From a virus (lineage: Duplodnaviria > Caudoviricetes), in the IMG/VR virus record IMGVR_UViG_3300031867_000008, positions 64,001-128,000 of that record: 64,000 bases of DNA; one strand, 5' to 3'. How positions within the stretch are numbered: position 1 is the stretch's first letter; the number at the start of each line of letters is the position of its first letter. Under the pieces are notes generated by a model. That model saw only the letters and a list, made by a program, of their open reading frames with translations. It was not told the DNA's origin and made no database searches. A program made the position numbers and the translations under genes. Of this stretch, positions 18,946 through 29,753 are shown one piece after another.

Positions 18946-19489
18946 TGGCATCACCCCACAATACAATTCTTCTTTGTTTAAGAGACTTGTGTACATCTAT
19001 TATTCTTTGGTTTGATGAACCTCGGAATGGAAGTGTTAAGTCTCTAAGTTTTTCGATGTATTCGCCGTCAACTATAATATCACAGTTTTGTATTATGTAA
19101 TACCAATAAACATCTCCCTCAGTGCTTATACGCAAACCATTTATTTCGCCAAAATCAGAATCGTGTAAGGTATAACCAGTATACAACCAAATTGTTTTAC
19201 CAAGTATATACTTGTCTCTTATTTTATTAACAAGACTATAAACACCAGAAAGATTTTCGTCTGTGAGAGGTTCGCCACCTAAGATTGTAACTCTTTCGAT
19301 ATATGATCTATCAATTAAGTCTATGAATTGATTTTGTGCTTCATCAGTCCATTCTTTTCCACCATTGAAATCCCATGTCTCAGGATTGAAACAGTTTTTA
19401 CAATGTCGATTACAACCTTGTACAAAAAGAGCAACGCCTATACCATCTCCATTGCTTACATCAAGATTCCTTATGCTTGCATATCTCAT
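18938..19489 (-). CDS. nrdG: Anaerobic RNR activase (radical SAM)
   Basis: CNRHCKNC, LGGEP, FRGSSNQR. Confidence 0.95.
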   Translation of the reverse strand: MRYASIRNLDVSNGDGIGVALFVQGCNRHCKNCFNPETWDFNGGKEWTDEAQNQFIDLIDRSYIERVTILGGEPLTDENLSGVYSLVNKIRDKYILGKTIWLYTGYTLHDSDFGEINGLRISTEGDVYWYYIIQNCDIIVDGEYIEKLRDLTLPFRGSSNQRIIDVHKSLKQRRIVLWGDANE

Positions 19490-19493
19490 GTAA

Positions 19494-21680
19494 TTATTCC
19501 TCCGAATCATGATTGTCAAGATGAACGTATCTCTCTAATATTTCTTCTGTTCTGCCTTGATTCCAGAAGTTAGTTCCTATATATCCACAGGTACGTCTTG
19601 CAACATTTAGCTTGCTTGTATTTCTATTACCACAATTGGGACATTCCCATATGAGTTTATTGTTTTCATCTATGATCTTTATTTCACCATCATAACCACA
19701 GACTTGACAATAATCGGATTTGGTATTTAATTCAGCGTACATAATATTGTTATAAATAAATCTAAGTATCTTTATTACACCTTTAATGTTATTCTGCATA
19801 TCGCAACACTCAATATAAGAGATAGCACCACCGGGACTTAATCTTTGGAACTCACTTTCAATAGCAAGTTTATCAAAAGGATTGATTTTTTCAAAAACTG
19901 GAATATGGTAACTATTGGTTATGTAATCACGGTCTGTTATACCTTTTACTTTTCCAAATCTCTTTTGAAGTTTCTGTGCAAATTTATAAGTAGCCGACTC
20001 TATGGGAGTACCATAAAGTGAGTAGTCGATATTTTCATTCTCTTTCCAAAGTTTACATTTATCATTAAGCCGTTGCATTACTTCTAAACCAAAGACTTTG
20101 CCTTTGCCGCCAGAGTGACTTTCGCCAGTCATGTATTTTACGCACTCATAAAGTCCAGCATATCCAAGGGATATAGTAGAGTAACCGCCATACAGGAGTC
20201 GATCTATTGGTTCACCTTTAGACAAACGACCTAATGCCCCATCTTGCCACATTATAGGGGCTGTATCAGATAACGTACCTTTTAATCTTTCATGCCTAAC
20301 TCTTAGTGCTTTATGGCAAAGTTCGGTTCTTTCTTCAAAGAGTTTCCAAAATTCATCAATGTCACCATGAGAAGAAAGTGCGAGGTCTACAAGATTAAGT
20401 GTAACTACGCCTTGATTAAAACGCCCATAGTATTTAGGATTGCCATGTTCATCAATATAAGGTGTTAAGAATGAGCGGCAGCCCATACAAGGGTAGCAAT
20501 GACCATCGCCATTTTTGTCAACCTTGTATTCGAGCATTTTCTTTTCCGAGATATAATCAGGAACCATTCTCTTAGCTGTACATTTAGCAGCTAATCTTGT
20601 AAGATAATAATACTTGCCGTATACATTGATATTATCTTCTTCAAGAACATAAAGCAATTTAGGAAAGGCTTGTGTTACATATACACCTACCTCATTTTTA
20701 AGACCTACTATTCTTTGATTTAAAAATTCTTCAATTAACATAGCAAGTTCCGCTTTGTATTCCTCAGTTTCACCAAGATACATACAAACACTCAGAAATG
20801 GTGCTTGTCCATTAGTGGTAGACATTGAATTACATTGATAATTGAATGTTTGTACTCCATCTTCAATTTCTTTTCTTAAATCTTCTTTAGCATACTTAAC
20901 GCAGTCATCAGCAGAAAAACCACGATCTGTGTACTTAATAAGGTAATTATTATAACTATCTCGTACAAACGGAGCAAGTGCAGTTAGTGATACGGTTGCG
21001 CCACCATATTGACTGCTTGTTACGGCAGTAATGATTTGAGTAGCAATTGTCATAGCAGTAATTAACCTATGTGGTTTTTCTATCATGACACCATTGATTA
21101 CAGTACCATTTTGTAGCATATCTTCAAGATTTATTAAGCAACAATTATTTATGTGCTGAACAAAATAATCTTGGTCATGAAAATGAAGTATGCCTAATTC
21201 GTCTGCTTCCTTCACATCTTCGGGCAAAAGAAATCGTTTGGTAATATCAGTGCTTGTCACACCAGCTATATAATCTCTTTGTACTGTAGCTCTACGGGGA
21301 TTCTTATTAGAGTTTTCATTGTTCCAATAGTCATTAGTTCCATCAATCAATTCTTTAATGGTTTTATCGGTAGTATTACTTTCTCTCACAAGTTTTCTTT
21401 TATATCTATATGTAATATACGCTTTAGCTGTCTTTCTATCGAAATCAAGAAGGGCATCTTCTACCCAGTCTTGTATTTCTTCTATGTCAATAGGAGTGTC
21501 ATCGTCCGAATATTCACTTTTTACATAGCTTACGATCTTTCTTTCGATATATTCAGCGGCATTCTGATCGTTTTCTACTCCAACTTCTTTAAATGCTTTT
21601 TGGACAGCGTTTCTTATTTTGTTGCTATCGAACGGAACAACACGTCCATCTCTTTTCTTTACCTTTATTGATTCTATCAA
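19494..21680 (-). CDS. nrdD: Class III anaerobic ribonucleotide reductase with ATP cone
   Basis: VKKRDG ATP cone, NCC, MGCRS, YITNS, RRTCGY glycyl-radical motif. Confidence 0.97.
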   Translation of the reverse strand: MIESIKVKKRDGRVVPFDSNKIRNAVQKAFKEVGVENDQNAAEYIERKIVSYVKSEYSDDDTPIDIEEIQDWVEDALLDFDRKTAKAYITYRYKRKLVRESNTTDKTIKELIDGTNDYWNNENSNKNPRRATVQRDYIAGVTSTDITKRFLLPEDVKEADELGILHFHDQDYFVQHINNCCLINLEDMLQNGTVINGVMIEKPHRLITAMTIATQIITAVTSSQYGGATVSLTALAPFVRDSYNNYLIKYTDRGFSADDCVKYAKEDLRKEIEDGVQTFNYQCNSMSTTNGQAPFLSVCMYLGETEEYKAELAMLIEEFLNQRIVGLKNEVGVYVTQAFPKLLYVLEEDNINVYGKYYYLTRLAAKCTAKRMVPDYISEKKMLEYKVDKNGDGHCYPCMGCRSFLTPYIDEHGNPKYYGRFNQGVVTLNLVDLALSSHGDIDEFWKLFEERTELCHKALRVRHERLKGTLSDTAPIMWQDGALGRLSKGEPIDRLLYGGYSTISLGYAGLYECVKYMTGESHSGGKGKVFGLEVMQRLNDKCKLWKENENIDYSLYGTPIESATYKFAQKLQKRFGKVKGITDRDYITNSYHIPVFEKINPFDKLAIESEFQRLSPGGAISYIECCDMQNNIKGVIKILRFIYNNIMYAELNTKSDYCQVCGYDGEIKIIDENNKLIWECPNCGNRNTSKLNVARRTCGYIGTNFWNQGRTEEILERYVHLDNHDSEE

Positions 21681-21860
21681 CTTTCATCACCCTTTCGTCA
21701 AGTCCTTATAAATCAGTCACCATCATTTCTGTTATCGTCAAATGACTTGTCCGATTTAATCTCACCTTTTTTGCTTGTTACACACAAGCATATCACAGCG
21801 ACACCTATCAACCCACCCACTACAAGCCCAAAGCAGAACGCAATACCCACATCAATCATT

Positions 21861-22280
21861 TTAGTTCACTCCTTTTGGTCTATCGACAATCTTCATAAAA
21901 TCAAGTTCATGTTCGTCAAACAATCCTTTATCTGCGTGTTCTTTTATAGGAATCCCCATAAGTTTCGCAGCTACGATTTCACAATTAGTACCTATGGAAT
22001 CATCGTACTCTCCCACAGACCACAATTCATCGCACAACCCTAAAAGCTGAACACACATTGTAATGCCCTCCTGCATAGTAGTTTCTTTATAGAGATAACT
22101 GAATTGACTAACTCCATTGATATATAAGTTATGCGAAGAACCGTACTTCTCACGGAACTTCTTACAACAAAGTTCTATATATTTCTTGTTTGCTTCAACA
22201 TTCTGAAACTTCCCTGCCACATAAATTATTTTGTCATACTGACGATGATTTATACTTTTATCTTCTCTCATGTTATCCAT
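21861..22280 (-). CDS. DUF4406/nucleoside 2-deoxyribosyltransferase-like protein
   Basis: IYVAGKF...LCDELW...SIGTNCEI. Confidence 0.6.
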   Translation of the reverse strand: MDNMREDKSINHRQYDKIIYVAGKFQNVEANKKYIELCCKKFREKYGSSHNLYINGVSQFSYLYKETTMQEGITMCVQLLGLCDELWSVGEYDDSIGTNCEIVAAKLMGIPIKEHADKGLFDEHELDFMKIVDRPKGVN

Positions 22281-22576
22281 TGGAACAATTTACCTCATAT
22301 TTTATTAAGTGTTGCCTTTGCGTTTAAGATATACTGAATCCAGTCTTTGAACTTTATGAACAAAATTTAATGTTTTGAGTTTATCATACCATTCGTCAAA
22401 GCTATCACCATAATTCTCGTTAGGGTTTGCCTTACGAAGATATTCCCAAAATTCTTTGGCATAAGATTTATCTTTTAACAGCTTTATTGGAATACCGTTT
22501 GTAGAAGTATTATTAGCCACATTTGTAGAAGTGTTATCAACTATTCGTGCTTTCATAAAATCAACTCCCTGTTTAG

Positions 22577-23596
22577 TCAATCTGTTATAGTTTCATCGTC
22601 CATTACATCAAACTCCTTGCAGTCACAGTCACAGCAATCACAATCATAGTCGTCAAGATAACTCTTTGGAACACCATACTTTTCAATAGCTAACTTTTCA
22701 GCTTCCTCGGTGAGTTCTTGTGCATAGTATTCATCAGCTATCTGCTTGGCAAGTTTTTCAATCTCACGCTGCTTTTTGCGCTTTGCTTTCTTAGCATCTC
22801 TCTTAGCCTTTGATTCTGCATGAATTTTATCTTCTTTTGCTTTCTTTTCTGCTTCAATCTTAGCTTTTTCTTCTGCTTTCTTAGCATCTTCAATAGGTTT
22901 GATTACAAGCCTGTCCCATTCAGAGAGCATTTTGCCACCGTTACCAAAGGCTTTCTTTGCAATAGCTGTAACAAAACCTGTGTACTGATCTGCTGTTTTA
23001 GGGTCACAAGTCACTGTTGTAGAAGTGTTGTCAGACCATTTAATAATAGTTACTCCGTTTTCTGCTATGTATTTGTAATCTACTATCTTCGGAATATTTG
23101 TAATCATGTTATTGTCCTTTCTAGCATATTTATTTGTGATTGCTTCAAGATACCAATTTGCAAGTATCTCGGTACTTAGTCTCTCACAATCTTCAATTGT
23201 TGAATCTATACTCTTTTCAGAATTTGTCCTCGTATCAGAAATTGTCCTCATATCCGCATTTTCCCTTTCATTATGATAAAATTCATCAAAATAAACACTA
23301 TCTGCTCGTTTACCATCGCCATAGATTGTATTTGTTTGTAATAAATCTCTTACCTTTTCAAAAGTTTGTCTGCTAACTTCCACATTGTCTATCATGCACC
23401 TTGCTCTAATGGCTATTTCACTGAGCGAGATTCCTCTAAATTCTGCGTTAGCATATACATTGTTTACTTCAAACATCGAAGTTTTTGTAGCGATATGGGC
23501 TTGTCCATCAGCACCTAAGTACACTACAAAAATATCATCTGTATCTACATATAAAATGTGAGGTTCAATAAAGCGTTGTCCGTGTGTTATATACAT
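22577..23596 (-). CDS. Hypothetical phage protein
   Basis: Long ORF with TIIKWSDNTST motif and a coiled coil. Confidence 0.6.
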   Translation of the reverse strand: MYITHGQRFIEPHILYVDTDDIFVVYLGADGQAHIATKTSMFEVNNVYANAEFRGISLSEIAIRARCMIDNVEVSRQTFEKVRDLLQTNTIYGDGKRADSVYFDEFYHNERENADMRTISDTRTNSEKSIDSTIEDCERLSTEILANWYLEAITNKYARKDNNMITNIPKIVDYKYIAENGVTIIKWSDNTSTTVTCDPKTADQYTGFVTAIAKKAFGNGGKMLSEWDRLVIKPIEDAKKAEEKAKIEAEKKAKEDKIHAESKAKRDAKKAKRKKQREIEKLAKQIADEYYAQELTEEAEKLAIEKYGVPKSYLDDYDCDCCDCDCKEFDVMDDETITD

Positions 23597-23602
23597 TTGT
23601 TA

Positions 23603-24286
23603 TCACATTCCTCTCTTAATTCTTTTTTGAGCAATCTCAAAATAGCTTTCGTCAATTTCTACACCGATGAAATCACGGTTTAATTCAATAGCTGCAATTC
23701 CAGTTGAGCCAATTCCCATAAAAGGGTCAAGTACAATTTCATTTTCCAAAGATGAATTGTCGATCAGTATTTTCATTAACTCAACTGGCTTTTCAGTATT
23801 GTGAAGATTTTGTCCATCCTCACCCTTAGTCTTTTTATTTGGTATTGAAAGAATATCCGAAGTTCCACAATGGTTTATTTTCTTACCCTTGCCTTTTCGG
23901 AAGAAAAGTATATACTCAAAAGAACTCATGTAGTAATGTCCCATTATCTTATTACCTTTGCTCCAAATAAGGCTTTTGACAAACTTGAAACCATTTTGAG
24001 TAAACACGTTCAACATATGTATTAAGTTGATATGATTGCACATTACATAACAATGTGAACCATCTTTCAATACTCTGTAAAATTCAGGAGCATAAGATTC
24101 ACAATCTATATTGTTATAGGTAAAGACTTTGCCTATCATAAATTCTTTTGATTGTAACATTCCACCACTATTTCCTGCGTTTCCTCTGGAAGTAACTGGA
24201 TAGGGGGGGTCAGTTACGATAAGGTCAACACTGTTATTAGGAATACTTTTTATTATTTTTAGACAATTATCTTGAAATAATTTAAT
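23603..24286 (-). CDS. N4/N6 DNA methyltransferase with probable ATT start
   Basis: Catalytic DPPY lies upstream of ATG 24160 in the same frame (IKLFQDNCL...IVTDPPY); also HNTEKP and DPFMGIG. Confidence 0.88.
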   Translation of the reverse strand: MKLFQDNCLKIIKSIPNNSVDLIVTDPPYPVTSRGNAGNSGGMLQSKEFMIGKVFTYNNIDCESYAPEFYRVLKDGSHCYVMCNHINLIHMLNVFTQNGFKFVKSLIWSKGNKIMGHYYMSSFEYILFFRKGKGKKINHCGTSDILSIPNKKTKGEDGQNLHNTEKPVELMKILIDNSSLENEIVLDPFMGIGSTGIAAIELNRDFIGVEIDESYFEIAQKRIKRGM

Positions 24287-24306
24287 TTCTTATCACTCAC
24301 TTTCTT

Positions 24307-25203
24307 TTAATAATTTGTAATCAGCACTTCTTTAGTTTTAAACTCTTTGTTTTTAGCTTGATAATTACAGTTATCATAATTGTAGTTCATCGGAATTAGA
24401 TTATAGTCATACTTCTTAATCCATTCGATTAGAATATCATTAGTCTCGCCCTTATGTTCGATAACATTTGATAATGCGAATCTTGTGCCATAATTAGTTA
24501 GTTCGTTGAGAATATATAGCAAGGTTCTATCATCATTTTCAGACCAACCTCTAAAACCTCTCTTACCATCATTATAAGCTGCACAGCCAAGTCTGTAAGG
24601 TGGATCACAATAAATGAAACTGTTGGAGTATTTATCAAGAATAGAGTAATCAAAGTCCACGAAATCTTGTTTTGAAAAATTGATGTTATGATTATTTAAT
24701 AACTGATGGAATGCTATTAGTCCATCTTCATAAATCTCTCTGTAATAATATCTATCTTTACCAAAAGAGCTATTATACTCATGATTATTATTAAATCTAA
24801 TTTGACGATTAAAGCTATAACAAGTTAAAAGAAATAAATCAATCGGACTTCTGTTATTAGATTTGTTATACCAATTCCTATATTCTATAAACCCTTGCTC
24901 GTTCATTTTGCATAATTGAAATTTGACAATTTGTGAATGAATATAATCTCTTATCTCACATATATCATTTCGTTGTAAATATTCATAAAGCTCTATTATA
25001 TGATAATTTATGTCATTCGCATAGGTGATTTTTATGCTTGGCAATTCATAATTGACTGCAACATCACAACCACCACAAAACAAATCAACAAAACAATCTG
25101 TATCTTTTGGAAAATGTTCAAAAAGTTTGTCTAAGAGTTTATACTTATTTCCTATATAATTCATGGGAGATTTAACATATGGTTTTGTCTTTTTATCTTT
25201 CAT
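24307..25203 (-). CDS. Dam-like adenine methyltransferase
   Basis: SPMNYIGNK, DLFCGG, YCDPPY, EVLITNY. Confidence 0.9.
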   Translation of the reverse strand: MKDKKTKPYVKSPMNYIGNKYKLLDKLFEHFPKDTDCFVDLFCGGCDVAVNYELPSIKITYANDINYHIIELYEYLQRNDICEIRDYIHSQIVKFQLCKMNEQGFIEYRNWYNKSNNRSPIDLFLLTCYSFNRQIRFNNNHEYNSSFGKDRYYYREIYEDGLIAFHQLLNNHNINFSKQDFVDFDYSILDKYSNSFIYCDPPYRLGCAAYNDGKRGFRGWSENDDRTLLYILNELTNYGTRFALSNVIEHKGETNDILIEWIKKYDYNLIPMNYNYDNCNYQAKNKEFKTKEVLITNY

Positions 25204-25721
25204 ACACCACTCTCCTTAATTTTCAAATCCTCCCTTAATACTTCATAGATCACTGAATCATGATACTTACCGTTGAACCAAGCTACTCTACACAGAGTAC
25301 CAACTTTTCTGCCACCAAACTTCTTAATAAACCTATCGTACAGTTTAATAGCAGGATTGTCGGCAAATGCAAAGAACTCCATTCGCTGCGCTCCATGCTC
25401 AAACATGGTTTTGATATTTGAAAGCACGTCAATTAGAAAAGGTATGTTGTTCTCGTTGAATCCTATAAGCCCAAAGTTCCTGAGCGACTTATTACCATCT
25501 TCGTAGTTGTAGGTGAAATAACCATCGACTTCTCCTTCGTTGTTTAAGTGAACGAAGTCTCTGCGCCAATAAGCGTTGTCGGGTATCTCAAACTCATTTC
25601 TGTCGTTTGCAAAATACCACTGATATTTCGGATCATACCAACAAGAAATCATCTTGCGTTTAAGTTCTTCTTTGTAAAGCTGTGCAGGCATGAGCAATTC
25701 TACCAACTCCTTACTGTACAT
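25200..25721 (-). CDS. GNAT-family acetyltransferase
   Basis: DNPAIKLY...GKYHDSVIYE. Confidence 0.65.
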   Translation of the reverse strand: MYSKELVELLMPAQLYKEELKRKMISCWYDPKYQWYFANDRNEFEIPDNAYWRRDFVHLNNEGEVDGYFTYNYEDGNKSLRNFGLIGFNENNIPFLIDVLSNIKTMFEHGAQRMEFFAFADNPAIKLYDRFIKKFGGRKVGTLCRVAWFNGKYHDSVIYEVLREDLKIKESGV

Positions 25722-25857
25722 ATTTTATCCAGTCTCGTATACTCTTGAAGAAAAGGCAAATTGTAGAGCCTATCTTCTGCAAAATATTTAAATCTTTATC
25801 AGACCAAACTAACTTGTATTTTGTCATATGTATATATCACTTCCTTACTGTTCTTTC

Positions 25858-26082
25858 TTAATTTCTAAGATGATGGTCTACAATTAAGTAAATCAATAAT
25901 ATCACCACGACTAACACCAAGGGAATCCATATTGGTGCAAGCACCCATAACCAAGACCATTTTATGACCCCACAGAGTTTAAGTGCAATAAACACAATCG
26001 TAAGCAAACCACAAAATCCTATACCGCCTGATTGGGTAGACTTGTTGTTGTTATTATTATCAGCCATTTTATCTCCTTTCAC
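25858..26082 (-). CDS. Small conserved phage membrane protein
   Basis: GIGFCGLLTIVFIALKLCGVIKWSWLWVLAPIW. Confidence 0.75.
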   Translation of the reverse strand: MKGDKMADNNNNNKSTQSGGIGFCGLLTIVFIALKLCGVIKWSWLWVLAPIWIPLVLVVVILLIYLIVDHHLRN

Positions 26083-27367
26083 TATACTTTATACCTCAAA
26101 AAGTCCTCGCCATAAATTTCATTGACTGAATCAAACACATACCGCAATCCGAGTCCATGAGAATTGCTTGTCCACAATTTTTTCGGATTCCAGTTCTTCC
26201 ATTCTCCATCGTACTCAGGAGCATTTGGATCATAATAGGGATTGTCTATCCATTCTCCACCTTTTAAACAGAAGTCATATTGTTTTGGGTGAGTTCTTGC
26301 AAGTGCTTGTATTCTTGTTTCGCCTTTTTCTAAATGGACACCTAGTAGGCAGAAGATGCAACCTGACCTTCTTACACCAGTTGTTTCTAACAATCCCTTT
26401 TCATTCTCTACAATATCGCCATAAACCGAACATATTTGAATATTGTATCTTCTTATGTATTCAAGAATATCCTGTTCAGTCCAAAAACTTAATGGCTGAG
26501 AACTTGGTTTCTTTCCCTCAAAAGCGTTACAACCTGTTCTTATCCATGATTGTCTACGCATAAGACTTTCTTCTGCCATAGTGCCAAGATAAGGTTTGTT
26601 ATGACTTGCTCTCTGATAAATACCGATAGGAGATTTTTTCATAACATCACAACATTTGCCACTTATAAGAAAAGGTGTGTAAACCAAAGGCAACCATTTC
26701 TTCTTGTTAAACTTTGACTTAACTTTAACATCGTCATAGCTACCCAGAATCCCAAGGAGCTGTTTTCGTCTGTAATTCTCCTGCACTACATGAGTCTGTA
26801 CTGTTGTTACAGTTGTCGATTCTTCTGCCAAGCAACTCTTGTCTCTTTCTGATTGCTGTCTTGAATTGCTCTGATGGGGGGGGGGATTTGGTAGTAACGC
26901 TTGTCGAGTAGTTCTTCTCTCCTGTGTTTCGTTTCCTTGAATCCTCTCTCTGCCCCCCCCTCAGAGGTATTGCTATTTCGTATTCTTCTTGCATAATAAA
27001 TAGCATTAGCAACTTCTTTACTGATTAAAGGATAACCATAATTTCTTATGACGTTTACAAAATTCATCTTAGGAGTCACAAACGTTGCGTTCTTACTTCT
27101 TGCGAATTTCTGAATTTCGGGATATTCAAGCCCTGTGTTGCTAAATACAACAGGAAGTTCAAACGTAGGGTCAATGGCGGCAAGAGTTTTCTTTACAAGG
27201 TCAAGAAGAACTGTGCTGTCCTTGCCGCCCGAGAACGATAGATAAACTTGACCCTCCCAAAAATTGAACCATTCTATAATTCTTGCTTGTGTAATTGCTA
27301 TCTTGCGGTCAAGTGGCAAGACTTGCAGTTCTTTTAGTCGAGCTGCATCATGAATGTCGATTGGCAT
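26082..27367 (-). pseudogene. PAPS-reductase-family gene split at homopolymer tracts (frameshifted or phase-variable)
   Basis: N-half has SFSGGKDS (27367-26807); C-half has CCDVMKK and RSGCIFC (26831-26082); coding-strand G8 (26953-26960) and C10 (26876-26885) lie between them. Confidence 0.85.
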
Positions 27368-27862
27368 TTATTCATCTCCTTCTCTATCATCTATTTCTTT
27401 AAAACCTGTTTTGAATTTAACATTTCTAAAGCAATGTGTATTAACACTCGAAACCCATAATAGGAAATTAGAATCGTTAAATAAACTATCAGACATAAGA
27501 ATGTTTGCTGCTTTCTTACCTTTAAACTGTAAGGGATTTGGGTTTTCACTTGAATACCAATGAATTTGAATATCTCTGTGACGATAAATTTCTTCTTTAT
27601 TGTTTGGCGGCTCTGGAATTAACCAATCTATATAGCGAATATTAGGGAAATTTGCGACTCTATATTCAAATCGTCTTTTCTCTAATATAGAAATGATTGA
27701 TTCTATTACATTGTAAAAGTTGTCAAAATCGTTGTTCTTATCAATGTACACAATAAAGTTATCACCGAGTTCTTGGCAATAATTATCTATTAACAATGAA
27801 ATATTATCTTTTGATATTCGATAATATCCATGCTCTTCGTTTATAAATGGTTGCGCATTCAT
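27368..27862 (-). CDS. Hypothetical protein
   Basis: ORF with GGAG RBS. Confidence 0.55.
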   Translation of the reverse strand: MNAQPFINEEHGYYRISKDNISLLIDNYCQELGDNFIVYIDKNNDFDNFYNVIESIISILEKRRFEYRVANFPNIRYIDWLIPEPPNNKEEIYRHRDIQIHWYSSENPNPLQFKGKKAANILMSDSLFNDSNFLLWVSSVNTHCFRNVKFKTGFKEIDDREGDE

Positions 27863-27946
27863 AGCCTAATCTCCTATTTGTTCTTTTTACGTTTCTCCAT
27901 CTCGCAAACCACATCTGCATAGAATTTATTCCATGTAGGTTTGTCT

Positions 27947-28063
27947 ATGAACTACTCACGAGCTAAAGCTCAATGAGCTTCTTGCTTCCTCGTCCTCGTA
28001 ACCTACTAACTCCACAAGCGTATAAGTTCGGACAGTTCCTGCCCTACTTTATCATTATCTTAT
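27947..28063 (-). ncRNA. TnpB omegaRNA scaffold / IS200-IS605-type right end
   Basis: ...gcaagaagctcattgagctttagctcgtgagtagttcat terminal hairpin and TCA end after tnpB. Confidence 0.7.
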
Positions 28064-29170
28064 TTATCCTGCTACCCTTAATCCTTCATAAAGAATATTA
28101 ACAGCAGCATTTACATCTCTATCATGATGCTCACCACAATTAGGACAAATCCACTCTCTTACAGACAAGTCTTTAGTCTCTGTATTCTTATAGCCACAGC
28201 AGTTGCACAACTGCGAACTTGGATAGAATTTATCAATTTGCACCACCTGTTTACCATACCATTCAGCCTTGTAATACAACATTCTAACAAACTCACTCCA
28301 AGAAACATCACTGATAGATTTTGCAAGATTATGATTCTTCATCATATTACTTACTTGTAAATCTTCTAAGCAGATAATATCATAAGTCCTAATCAGTTCT
28401 GTACTCAGCTTCTGTAAGAAATCCTTCCTCTGATTAGTAACCTTCTCCCAAGCCCTCGCAAATCTCACTCTTGCCTTATCACGATTCTTACTACCCTTTG
28501 ACTTTCGAGATAGTTGTCTCTGTAATTTAACAAGTTTCTTTTCAGACTTTGTGAGGTATTTAGGATTGGGTATCTTCTGTCCATAAGAAGTGATAGCAAA
28601 TTCTTTTAAACCTAAGTCTATGCCTACTGAACAACCGGTTTTGGGTAAAGGTTGTTCATCATCTTTTTCAACAAGAACTGAAACATAATATTTACCGCTT
28701 GAAGTTTGACTGATCGTGGCTGACTTTATCTTGCCCATTATGTTAGGGATTCCATGAGCTTTAACCCATTTGAATTTGGGGAGTTTTATTTTGCGGTTAT
28801 CAAAGTCTATTTCTATATTTGTACCAGTTATATTAGTTTTATAAGACTTTTTACTTACCTTCTTGCTCTTGAATTTAGGAAATCCAGTATGTTCCTTAAA
28901 AAACTTTTGATAAGCAGAATCAAGATTATTCACCGCGTTTTGTAAAGAAAATTTATCAACTTCTTTAAGCCATAAATATTCTTGTTTTAACACTCTATTA
29001 ACATAATTCACTATATCAAATTTAGATAAAGAAATATTCTCATTCTTATACTTATCAATTCGATAAGCTAAACATTGATTATAAACAAACCTCACACAAC
29101 CGAAAGTTTTCTGTAATAATATTTCCTGTTCTTTATTAGGGTAAAGTCTAAACTTATAGCTTTTATACAT
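28064..29170 (-). mobile_element. tnpB: TnpB RNA-guided nuclease, no TnpA
   Basis: HTH (YKFRLYP), RuvC D (GIDLG), E (LEDL), D (DRDVNAA), Zn ribbon. Confidence 0.95.
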
Positions 29171-29198
29171 TTGCTATCACTTCACTTTATTTTCCCAC

Positions 29199-29753
29199 TC
29201 ATTCGACTAACGCCCTTTCGTATTTATGTAGTTCTCTCAGTTCCAGCTTACTCGGCAGAAAATCTCTACAAAAGTAAGCTGAACCAAAAGCTGTTCCCTC
29301 AGTAACGTGCTTCATATCACCGTTCATAAAGAACCCGACTCTTGAATCGAAGCAGAGCATTTGGATTTCATTATTAAATATCTTGAACCTTGACTTTCCT
29401 TGAATACTATTGCAAGGGAGCAATAAGGCAAATGGTTTATTGAAATCAAACGCTCTTTCGAGAACTTTATCTTTCTTACTGAATGGTGGGTTGCTTATCA
29501 TGATGTCCCAATGATCGGGTTCGCATTTGAAAAAATCTTTGCCTTCGTCAATGTGAGAGTGAACAACTCTCATGCCCCCCCCCCCTGTGAGGACTTGAAC
29601 AAATGCGGAATATTCTTTATCGAATGGACACCAAATAATTTTGGACTTGTCTGTGAGAAATTCAAGGAGAGGGTCTACGGCATAGAAAGGTGTGTACATT
29701 TCATCACCCGAACTTGTTCTATTAGACGTTAAGTAACCTTTATTCAACGGCAT
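29199..29753 (-). CDS. Small N6-adenine methyltransferase with in-frame G11 tract
   Basis: DEMYTP, WCPFD, SNPPFS; G11 at 29575-29585. Confidence 0.85.
   Translation of the reverse strand: MPLNKGYLTSNRTSSGDEMYTPFYAVDPLLEFLTDKSKIIWCPFDKEYSAFVQVLTGGGGMRVVHSHIDEGKDFFKCEPDHWDIMISNPPFSKKDKVLERAFDFNKPFALLLPCNSIQGKSRFKIFNNEIQMLCFDSRVGFFMNGDMKHVTEGTAFGSAYFCRDFLPSKLELRELHKYERALVE

Noticed and set aside
21279-21671. Antisense ORFs in the track (for example 21279-21671, 39064-39513, 56769-57254, 62548-62967, 3861-4193)
   Set aside because: They are shadow ORFs opposite well-supported genes, with no RBS or recognisable motifs
24203-24209. C7 tract (coding strand) as a phase-variation switch
   Set aside because: It is short, in frame and explained by the Asp-Pro-Pro codons of DPPY; weak evidence on its own
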